Position numbers and translations under genes: made by a program. 64,000 nucleotides of DNA from Tubulanus polymorphus (taxonomy: Eukaryota; Animalia; Nemertea): positions 372,001 through 436,000 of the forward strand of contig NC_134029.1 in NCBI RefSeq assembly GCF_964204645.1. The letters run 5' to 3'. This document shows positions 1-11,274 of the stretch, in pieces (position 1 is the first letter of the stretch; every line of letters starts with the position of its first letter). The notes beneath the pieces were generated by a model. The model did not search any database, was not told the origin of the DNA, and was given only the letters and a program-made list of their open reading frames with translations.

Positions 1-3000
1 TCTTTTGATAGCAACCAATATTAAATTATACAATTGTCTTATCAACCCCTATGGTTTGGATTTGAGCACTTTTGAGATGAAGATACTGAATTAATCATCA
101 TCGTAGATACCTATAATCAGTCAACTAATGTCCTCTATAATTTAAATTATTGAATTTTCTACACTAGAAGAATTTAAGATCCGGTACAAATTTGGATTGA
201 TCACTATTTAAACAGCTAATTTTGCATCAGAGCTTTTGATACCTAGTTTGATCCAGAATTCCCCAAAACCTAACTGATTCAACAGATCCCACACACATGT
301 GGCCCAGTTAGACGCAGACGACATTGCACGATACAGTCGTCTCATCCACTGCGCTATTTTTGAAATAATTTTCACTTACATGCATTATATTGAATTGATT
401 TTGATTAATCTTCTAGATATCTAAAGCAATCCGTTAATTAGTAATCATACTAGCTATATTTTAATTGTCAGTTGAATTCATCACTATTTGAATTCATCAG
501 AAATAAAGATAAAAGCACATTTTTAGTGGTAAATTAGAAATTCCCTTAGCCGAATGCTATATAATCTTCCCTTTTACAGTACACTGTGTATAAGGACCGA
601 AAGACCTTGTTATGACTGGACCTCCCTGGTGCGGTGCGAGTCATGATGCTGGAATATAGATTGAAGGAGAGGGGTTAGTAAAAGAGAGCTATTAGCAAGA
701 GGAATAAGACCTAAGTTTAGGATATCCTGTCAAAATAAGGCTCTCAATCTGACATACACAGTGAAATTGAAATATTCCCCCTTCCAAATTCAGGAATGTA
801 TTTGTGCACGTACAGATTTGTTTTATCTCCCTTCGATCGGAAGTAAATCTGCGTTAAATGATTTTGGCAATTCGTATCAAAACTAATACAGCTGTATGAA
901 GACACAATAGGTTCACTTTAGATACAGATAAATAAATGTGCTCAGATACACATGTATCAGCTTTAAATGTCCATGGACCTGAATTAAAAATATTTTCACA
1001 TAACATATTGAATTTACCTTAATTGTAGATATCTTAGTAATACGTTAATGAGTAAATCATCTAAGATTCTAATTGTCAGTTAAACAATATCTATTACGCG
1101 TCACTTGACACACAGTATGGTTTTAGATATTATTTGAATCAGTTAGGTTTTGGTAAATTTTGGCAATATTGACCATGAGCATGCCCAGTCGCTGTAAGTA
1201 CGGCAGTTGGAGATATAAATACTGATCAGTCGATGAGACTGAATCATATGTACTCATACATATATCAGCTATATCTAAATTTTCAGTTTAACGAAATTTA
1301 TATTATGGACCTGTATTATGTATAAATAGTTTTTGATCATAGAAATATTGAATTCATCTTAATTGTGGATATCTAAGCCATTTGTTAATGAGCAATTTGT
1401 CCTAGCTATATATATACATGATAATTGTCAGTTAAACAATAATCATAACGCAAAACAAGGCACAGAGTATGGCTCTGGGGAATGATTTGAATCAATTTAA
1501 GCTTTGTTTCATTCTAGATTTGTCAAAGCGCTTGAGACCTAAGTACGGTTTCTAAAAGACCCGCAGTCCATAGATTTCCCCATATTACACCAGATCTCGA
1601 TAGAGCCCTAGACACTATTTTATACATCTTTCCCCCAGAAATTCATTAATGCAATGGGTAAAGCAGCATATAATATATACTGTAAAGTGCCTGAATGTTT
1701 ATAAATGTATCAATATACTATTTGTAAAAAAATCTATTAACTGACGATAAAGTTTAATTGATATATATCTTTACAAGTAAAGCCAACCTAAATGTATACG
1801 GGGCCCTAAAATATCTACACTAGAAGATTTTCTCATCAAATATTATATGATATTGAATGATTGCTAATTTCTAAGCGATTGGTTAATTAGTAAATTGTCC
1901 TATCTATGGAGTGGGACCTGTATTACATACCGTATAAATAGTTTTTGATCATAGAAATATTGAATTCATCTACGATTCGTTTCAAATTTTTCAAATTGGT
2001 TACCTTCGAAAATATCAATGCCATCAAATTTGTACATCTACAATTCAGCAAATAGTTAATATTTGAACATCAACACTGGTCTAACGTTATGTTCTATGTT
2101 TCCTAACTATGTGATATCTACACGGACAAATAGCCACAGTTGACTATGTTTAACTATGGTAAGTTGGAAGATTAAACTCACAATTCATGTTGAAACTATA
2201 TCTCAGTTTAGGTTAACTCAACAGACCTACGAGTCAAAACTAGGCACTCAACACAACCATTTACCCCTAGTGACAAACCTAACTTGTCTTATCTATCGAC
2301 CAAGGATCGAAGACCAAAATCGTGCATTAATGGAGCTTAGCTTTTTTTAGACTCTCACATTGCATTAAACATTATCAAATAGTTTCCTCGAAAACACTAT
2401 ATCATCCATCAGACTGGTTTGAAAAAGGTGATAAGTAAAAAAATCAATACTTTACTACAGAAGTCGGCTATTGTCTTCACCGCTCCTGGATCTCAGTGTT
2501 TATAACATGCACTATTGTCTATGCTGCTCCTAATAAGATACACTATTGTCTTTGCTGCTTTTAAAACAGTGTTTAACGTGAATCAGTGTTTATGAGATAA
2601 TCCATTAGCTTTGTCGCTTGAATCAGTGTTTATAAGATTCACTATTGTCTCTGCTGCTCCTGACATTTAATGTTTTATAGAAATCAACCACCGATTGTAG
2701 AAGAATCCATCGTTGAGTGATTAATCCGTTGCTGGTTCCTCAACTTTTCATCTGGGCTTCTGCAGTTTCCATCAGCAAATGGGTCGATCAGTATTCATCT
2801 ACTTGTGAGTGTCTTCTTCAGGCCAATTTTTCCGAGATGTAGTTTGGCTGAAACAAAGTGAAGAAAGCAAAACATTTCAGACAGATTTATCATAATTTAC
2901 GTGTCATTTCAAATTACAAGCCACCCTACCCTGTTTTTCACAAAGTAAAATTCATTGACGTCAATTGCTGATTTAAACCCCAATAATTAATTGCAGTAGT

Positions 3001-3149
3001 AGGACTAGTTCATCACTGTTTAAGACTAGTGAAGATAAAAGTTCAGCCATGTGGACCGGTAAATAGATTTTGATGATAGCCACTTATGAAATGATGTTCA
3101 TATGAGGACTGAAATTTCTATATACAGGTAATTTCATGTATATCAACTT

Positions 3150-4280
3150 ACCTTTAAAGATTGCTGGGTTCAGTTCTGGTCTTTTCTGTGCACCGTTCCA
3201 GTTTGTAGATTTTGGACGAGTAGTTGATCTCAAGCTGGGTTTTTTCTTATAGTTGAAATTCAGCTGCAATGATTAAAAGAAGATATCCAGTAATGACAAA
3301 ATATTTAATTTAGAATTTATCATAATAATTTCCATAAAAAATCGACTTACATTTCAAGTTTGCTGGGTTCAGTATCGGTTAGAACAATTGGTTGATGCAA
3401 TTGGTTGATGCATTTGATTCAAGCTTGGATTGTTCAGTGGGCGGAGCTTATTTGTAGATATTTGATGAGTCGTTGATTTAAAGCTGGGCAGTTTCATATA
3501 GATAGGATTTAGCTGAAATGAGCAAACAAAGATATCCTGTAATGACAAAATATTTCATTTAGAATTTATCGACATAATTCCACATATATCCAGTTACCAT
3601 TTATGCTTGGGTCGTTATCAGCGATTATCTTATTAGTTTGTTAGTTAGTTGGCCTCATCTGTGCCCTGTTCCAGTTGGTCAATTTTGGACGAGTAGTTGA
3701 TCTCAAGCTGGGTTTTTCTCATAGTTGAAATTTAGCTGCAATGATTAAAAGAAGATATCCTGTAATGACAAAATATTTCATTTAGAATTTATTGAAATAA
3801 TTTCATGTATATCAAGTTACCTTTAATGATTGCTTGGTCCATAATCGGCGTGGATCATCTTAAGTTTGTTTGTTGATTAATTGGATTCTAGTTGGCCTCA
3901 TCTGTGCACTGTTCCAGTTGGTCAATTTTGGACGAGTAGTTGATCTCAAGCTGGGTTTTTTCTTATATTTGAAATTTAGCTGCAATGATTAAAAGAAGAT
4001 ATCCTGTAATGAAAAAATATTTCATTTATAATTTATCGAAATAATTCCATGTATATCAAGTTACCTTTTATGATTGCTTGGTTATCGGGGATTATCTTAT
4101 TAGTTGGTTAGTTATTTGGCCTCATCTGTGCACTGTTCCAGTTGGTCAATTTTGGACGAGTAGTTGATCTCAAACTGGGTTTTTCTCATAGTTGAAATTT
4201 AGCTGCAATGATTAAAAGAAGATATCCTGTAATGACAAAATATTTCATTTAGAATTTATCATAATAATTTCCATAAATGA
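3150..4280. repeat. Degenerate ~200-245-bp tandem repeat with exon/intron-like structure
   Basis: Recurrent GGACGAGTAGTTGATCTCAAGCTGGG...GCTGCAATGATTAAAAGAAGATATCC; ~5 copies plus a partial one at 4990-5075. Confidence 0.85.
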
Positions 4281-7200
4281 TATACCTAGAATAGCCTTCT
4301 CGGTTATATTCCTAACACCGAACAAATTATAAGCGAACATACGATACCTAATCGTATGAAATGCCCGCCATTTTGTTTTGGGTTCCACATTGGGTTTTCC
4401 CAATGGGCTTTCCCAATTACATCAGAAATTCCCGGAATTTCCGGAATATCCAACAAACAGCCAATCACATTCAATGTAGCTCAGGTAATGAGGTCAACTC
4501 AGATATATAGAAGCGAGAAAATTTAGGGGGTTTATAAAGTGAGGACCCATAGGTCGAAAAGTACATCGAGAGGAGTCGCACAAAAAACGGCAACACTTCC
4601 AGGAAGGATTGAACTTTTATATATTTCAATTCCAAGTATGCAAATTCTCATATATGAAAACGTGCCATTACTTAGTGCTAAAAAGCAGGGTTTTTACGTG
4701 TTTTTCAAGAATAAGTCCCCTAAAAATAACTTGATCACTATGAAATTTTTGTGGGCTCGAGAACTCAATATAAGCCAAACAATGACACCAAAAATCAACA
4801 CTATTGGTTCAACAGCCAATGTTTGTGCCTTGTTGACACACCGGTACTCTATTCATTTTCAATTAAAACTGCTTCTCCAGACCATTTGCATAGGCAAACC
4901 TACGGTTCACCAAAAATCAACTCACATTTCAAGTTTGCTGGGTTTAGTATCGGTTAAAATGTTCTAAGTTCGTATCAAATATCAAATTACCTTTTATGAT
5001 GGCTGGGTTCATTATCATTGAGTTCATTAAGTTGGTTGGTTGAGTTTCATCCAAATTGGCCCCTTCTGTGCACTGTTCTCTAATCGGCAGATCTTAGTTG
5101 ATGAGCTCTCGTTTGACTTTTGAGTTGGTGTCCCTTACGATCGTGACACACCTGCCAGGAGCGAAACAGGCGGAAATCGAAGTACAGATATAGTTGTGTG
5201 ATCGTCGGTCGAATTTACATCATTTTTTTTCGATAATTTTACAATATTTGGTCTTTTTTTCATATAAGTAGTCCGAAAGTTTACAAGGATGAAGATAATT
5301 TTGTCTAATTTTTTTTTGGAAATCGAAGTACAGATATAGTTGTGTGATCGTCGGTCGATTTTACTTAATCTTTTTTCAAAATCGAAGTACTTCTTTGTCT
5401 TCTTGGGTGTCGTCGAAGCTGAAATTGAGTAAAAGAAAAAACATTTTGTAGTCACACATTTCTTCATCATTAATCCTAATTTATATGTGAATCAACTTAA
5501 CTTTCAAGATTGCGGAGTTCGCTATTCTTTTTTCGGCATCTTCTGTAGTCGCCTTCTACCATCTTCATCTTCAACTTCTTGGGAGTCCTGAAATGAAAAA
5601 AAAGAGAAGAGCGATGAAAACCTGGTACGGAACAAAACTAATGTTCGAAAGCTTTTCAGCTCTCCGTCGCCGGTCACATGCCGAGAATACCAGACAATGA
5701 GCCAGCCAGGAATATACTGCCCTCTACACGCCCTCACACAGAACGCGAAAACCAGGATGACGACGCCTCACATTCCCCATCTAACTACAGGATGTACTGG
5801 GCGACGTCAGTAACGGACACACCTATAAAATTGCACGAAACACAAATAGCGCAGTACAACCAGCTTGACCGGGTTGAGATTCAGGATCTCAACTAGCACT
5901 CAAAAGCGTGACAAGAGACTTCATCCACTGACCGAGGTTATCACAAGGACACAATGAAACTAGCACTCACAAGCCGACGAGAGACTTCATCCACTGACCG
6001 AGGTTATCACAAGGACACAATGAAAACTAGCACTAAAACTAGAAATCAAAGAGCGTGACAGTAGAATCATCCCTCAGCCGACTCAGAATACCAGAAACAA
6101 AGAGCGTGACAGTAGAATCATCCCTCATCCGGGTGGTCACAAGGACACAATGAATGCTAGTAGCGTGACAATCCAGTATAACCGCTCCACTTGTATCCCG
6201 CGCAATCCCACAGATATGCCTGTCATTGACATCACTCAGCACACTTTGAAGATAGGTGGGGGAAATGAGGCCTCGTCATCCTGGTTTTCGTGTTCCGTAT
6301 GAGGGCGTGTAGGGGGCAGAATTTCCTGACCGACTCTTTGTCTGACATCCTCGACATGTGACCGGCGAAGGAGAGCTGATGCTTTCGGACATAGGTTTTG
6401 TTCCAGCAAACGTTGAAATTCGACAGAGAAATCGGCCCTGAAAAATAAAACGGGTTAGAACCTGCAAAAAAGAACGGGTTAATAAACACGGAACAGTACA
6501 GGACAGCACAGAGACGAACAGTAACACATAAAACATAAAGACGTCGTTCCTCAGGAAGCAGGAACAGGAGCAGGAGCGCAGCGAAAATCGCCAGGAGGAG
6601 AATCCACGGTAGCATGTTCACAGTGTGAGTGTGCAGAGGTGAATGAATGGTTTCCTATGCTTAATACATACCGTGGTCAGCCGGTGACGTATTCAATAGG
6701 GCGTGTGAATGATATCAACAACTCTGAAAAGCCGCGATTGTGTCTCTATAATATTGTTGAATGGATTTACGAGCTTAGGTTCCTGCACTGGGTTGAACAC
6801 GCGCCAGTAGCTAGCTATACAATATCGTGGAACTTTAATAAGGCCATGGCATGTAAAATAAATGACTTGATTCCCAACAGCTACCCTCTCCGAATTTAGC
6901 CGCCGCCGTGACTCGACCAGGAGTAAATTAGGCCCTTCAAAGTTGATACTTCGTTTCTCATCCAAACCTCTCTCGCCGGCGCCGAACATGAGGGCGGGCG
7001 AATTTTTTGGTTATGAGATTTTTTGAAATATAAAAGTGGAAATAAACTCGTATCTTATATATTTTCTAGGGAGACGAAGGCGGGGAGTTTTTTTTCTGTT
7101 TAAATACAAAAATTATTCGCGGTGACTGCGTACCGGTACAACTAATTTAGCTGCATAATTTAAATCTTCTTATCTTCTTATTATGTATATAATAAATCAT

Positions 7201-7416
7201 CTATGACAAGTGAATATCTAATCCAATATTTCAAGTAAAGCCGCAAGAACGTAGTCGCCATTCCATTTCCTGCATAGCAATCGATTTTCATTTTATGTTC
7301 ACCGTATGGTGTGTCAGGCCCCGATATGGCGTGACAGGCCTCGGGTGCTCGAGGAGCAGGATGTCCTAGGTGGTGGAGTATTCACACATTTATTGAATTG
7401 AACCAATTTTATTGCA

Positions 7417-8230
7417 ATGGACTGCGTGTTTTATTGCTGCGGAAAGTGTAGAGGGCTTTATGAAACAGAAGAGAAACTAGAAAATCACAAGACGAATTGT
7501 ACGGCTGGAACAGATCCCGATGATTGTCAATATAGAGCAATTGATTGTCAAAAAACATCAACTCAAATTGACGATGCCGATGGCCGTGCTGCTGGCGTCA
7601 GGAGAGATAGAACTGAACAACTAGAGGAAAGATCATTACATATAGAATTAGTGAAACAAGCTGTGAATTCAATAATTCCATCGGTAGATCATTCATATAT
7701 CAGTAATCAACACCCAACAATGGTTCATCACGATGATGATGATGATACCGCACTTGCGCTGTATCCATCTGATACCGTGGATCCCCTACATCCAACAAGT
7801 GATACCGCAGTTAATTCTACTGAAGAAATCGATTCTACTTTGACAGTGAAATCCTCCAAATGCAAGAAGAATGTGAAAACGGAGAAACCACGTCGTCGGG
7901 CTATTAGCCCTGAATCGTGGGCCGAGCGAGCCAAACGCTTAACTATAGAAACCACATCTACAGGATTACTACAATTAAATGTAACTAGTTACACATGCGA
8001 TGATTGCGGTTACACGTGTAACGAGGTGGAGTCGTACATGAAACATCGACGCGAACACAACCAATCGGCACTGCCGCTGCTGTCATGTGACCAGTGCTCG
8101 TTTACTACGCAGTTTAAAAGTAGATTAAACAAACATAAAACGTGTCATAATAAACATTTAATGTGTGAGTTCTGTAGTTATAAAACGGGCGATCCATTGA
8201 CGTTAAAACGGCATACATCACGTCATACCG
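7417..8230 (+). CDS. C2H2 zinc-finger protein, coding exon 1 (N-terminal C2HC-like motif, linker, fingers 1-3)
   Basis: ORF with CDDC..HRREH, CDQC..HKTCH, CEFC..HTSRH; ends ACC G|GTGAGT (phase 1) in the TGE linker. Confidence 0.85.
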
Positions 8231-8315
8231 GTGAGTTACATCATCTCAACTCACAGGTGGCGCTACTTTACTATGAACATCAAGATTACAATCGTTACTG
8301 TGTCTCCTGCAGTGC

Positions 8316-9170
8316 GAGTTTTCACAGTGTGAATACCAGTCGTTCCCTACAACTTGTTTGTGGAACGACGGCTAGGTACTAGACTAGACTAGAGTTTTCA
8401 CAGTGTGAATACCAGTCGTTCCCTACAACTTGTTTGTGGAACGACGGCTAGGTACTAGACTAGACTAGAGTTTTCACAGTGTGAATACCAGTCGTTCCCT
8501 ACAACTTGTTTGTGGAACGACGGCTAGGTACTAGACTAGACTAGAGTTTTCACAATCTGAATACCAGTCGTTCCCTACAACTTGTTTGTGGAACGACGGC
8601 TAGGTACTAGACTAGACTAGAGTTTTCACAGTGTGAATTCCAGTCGTTCCCTACAACTTGTTTGTGGAACGACGGCTAGGTACTAGACTAGACTAGAGTT
8701 TTCACAGTGTGAATTCCAGTCGTTCCCTACAACTTGTTTGTGGAACGACGGCTAGGTACTAGACTAGACTAGAGTTTTCACAGTGTGAATACCAGTCGTT
8801 CCCTACAACTTGTTTGTGGAACGACGGCTAGGTACTAGACTAGACTAGAGTTTTCACAGTGTGAATACCAGTCGTTCCCTACAACTTGTTTGTGGAACGA
8901 CGGCTAGGTACTAGACTAGACTAGAGTTTTCACAGTGTGAATACCAGTCGTTCCCTACAACTTGTTTGTGGAACGACGGCTAGGTACTAGACTAGACTAG
9001 AGTTTTCACAGTGTGAATACCAGTCGTTCCCTACAACTTGTTTGTGGAACGACGGCTAGGTACTAGACTAGACTAGAGTTTTCACAGTGTGAATTCCAGT
9101 CGTTCCCTACAACTTGTTTGTGGAACGACGGCTAGGTACTAGACTAGACTAGAGTTTTCACAGTCTGAGT
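8316..9170. repeat. 76-bp tandem repeat, ~11 copies, palindromic unit (ZNF intron 1)
   Basis: GAGTTTTCA recurs at 8316, 8392...; GTCGTTCC/GGAACGAC inverted repeat in unit. Confidence 0.97.
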
Positions 9171-9197
9171 GTAGATGTTGTTGTTTATATTTTGTAG

Positions 9198-9287
9198 GTG
9201 AGTTTCAATATAGATGTAGTGAACCTGGTTGTGATTACAGCTGTCGTCAAAAACATTCATTACACACACATCTCATGAAACATACAG
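9198..9287 (+). CDS. C2H2 zinc-finger protein, exon 2 (one finger)
   Basis: tttgtag| ... |gtactt, 90 nt, phase 1-1, (G)EFQYRCSEPGCDYSCRQKHSLHTHLMKHT(G); not in ORF track. Confidence 0.9.
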
Positions 9288-9297
9288 GTACTTATTA

Positions 9298-10262
9298 CTG
9301 TACCCCTCAGCCTCCACTCAGCCTGGACCCTGCACCCCTCAGCCTCCACTCAGCCTGGACCCTGTACCCCTCAGCCTGGTCCCTACCCCTCACCCTTGAT
9401 TCTGTACCCCTCAGCCTGGTCCCTACCCCTCAGCCTTGACCCTGCACCCCTCAGCCTGGAACCTGGACCCCTCAGCCTTGACCCTGCACCCCTCAGCCTG
9501 GAACCTGGACCCCTCAGCCTTGACCCTGCACCCCTCAGCCTGGAACCGGGACCCTGCACCCCTCAGCCTCCACTCAGCCTGGTCCCTGTACCCCTCAGCC
9601 TGGTCCCTGTACCCCTCAGCCTGGACCCTGCACCCCTCAGCCTGGACCCTGTACCCCTCTCAGCCCGGACCCTGTACCCCATTCAGCCTGGAACCTGCAC
9701 CCCTCAGACTGGATACTGTACCCCTCAGCCTGGACCCTGCACCCCTCTCAGCCCGGACCCTGTACCCCATTCAGCCTGGAACCTGCACCCCTCAGCCTGG
9801 TCCCTGCACCCTTCAGACTGGATACTATACCCCTCAGACTGGATACTGTACCCCTCAGCCTGGACCCTGCACCCCTCAGCCTGGTCCCTGTACCCCTCAG
9901 CCTGGTCCCTGCACCCCTCAGCCTGGTCCCTGCACCCCTCAGACTGGATACTATACCCCTCAGACTGGATACTGTACCCCTCAGCCTGGACCCTGCACCC
10001 CTCAGCCTGGTCCCTGTACCCCTCAGACTGGATACTGTACCCCTCAGCCTCGAACCTGGACCCCTCAGCCTGGACCCTGTATCCCTCTCAGCCTGGACCC
10101 TGTATCCCTCTCAGCCTGGACCCTGCACCCCTCTCAGCCCCGACCCTGCACCCCTCAGCCTGGTCCCTGCACCCCTCAGACTGGATACTGTACCCCTCAG
10201 CCTGGTCCCTGCACCCCTCAGCCTGGTCCCTGCACCCCTCAGACTGGATACTGTACCTGTTC
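9298..10262. repeat. C-rich ~21-bp minisatellite (ZNF intron 2)
   Basis: CCTGGWCCCTGYACCCCTCAG variants. Confidence 0.95.
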
Positions 10263-10358
10263 CCCCTCATCTTCCTGAGGGTTACAGTTGCTGATTTTTA
10301 CCCACTTTATCCGAAATGAAGTGAATTTCATTAAAATATTGAATGTATGTATTTTCAG

Positions 10359-11128
10359 GTGAAGCGATGAAATGTCCGGAATCGAGTTGTTCGTTTACAA
10401 CTCGTCATAAATCGAGTTTAAAATTACATATTAAACGCAAACACACGACGGAGACACGAGATAAAGTGAAACTGTTTAACTGCGCGATGTGTCAATATTC
10501 AACCGATCTAAAATCATATTACAATCGACACATGAAAAAACATCTGGGATTTAAAGATTTTAAATGTTCTCAATGTTCGTATACGGCTTCGAGTAAAGAC
10601 GCGATTCGAGTTCACACGAGAATTCACTCGAATTTACAGATTTATCAGTGCGAGTTCTGCGGTTATAGAACGAACTATAGTTCGGCTTTACGCGTTCATT
10701 TAATGGTTCATCGCGATATTAAACCGTGGATGTGTTCGATCTGCGATTATAAATCAGTCACGCGACAGAAAGTCAATCGCCACATCCGACAGCGTCATAA
10801 AAACATGGACGACGCGACTGCCGTTTTTGTAAAATCGGAATCGATTCATATTTCGACGCCGAGCGTCGAGACGAGTAACGAGGAGAAAATCGTGAAACTC
10901 GGGATTAGATACGAACAATCTGAGAGTGGAAACGCTACGGAATCTACAGATCAGTGTAAACTATTAGAGTATGAGGTTCGCGAAGATGAAGAGATTTGTA
11001 CTTTACAATGTTCACTGTGTAATTTCACTTGTCACTCTGATTCATCTTTAACTTTACATCAATTGAATTTTCATTCTAACGGTCACATACAAATAGTCGA
11101 CAATGATGAACATTTTACTCAGTTCTAG
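10359..11128 (+). CDS. C2H2 zinc-finger protein, terminal exon (fingers 5-10)
   Basis: ttttcag| acceptor phase 1; CPESSC, CAMC, CSQC, CEFC, CSIC, CSLC fingers; TAG ends 11128; exons total 1674 nt. Confidence 0.9.
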
Positions 11129-11218
11129 TAAATAGTAATACCGGTAGTCAAATGTGTGTGTTTAAGGGTTTTGTTGCTCAAGTAACTGTTCATCGATCTT
11201 TCATTTTGTAAAAATTAG

Positions 11219-11224
11219 AATAAA
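11219..11224 (+). terminator. Probable polyadenylation signal of ZNF gene
   Basis: AATAAA 90 nt after stop, followed by T-rich sequence. Confidence 0.6.
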
Positions 11225-11274
11225 CATGTTTTCCTGAAGTTATGAGTCATTGATTTTTGTTCTCATCCTTTGTT

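Noticed and set aside
8231-8382. Tail of the 321-aa ORF
   Set aside because: Intron read-through beyond the GTGAGT donor into the 76-bp repeat
9396-10319. Long Pro-rich ORFs
   Set aside because: Translations of the 21-bp intronic minisatellite; the flanking ZNF exons splice around it in phase
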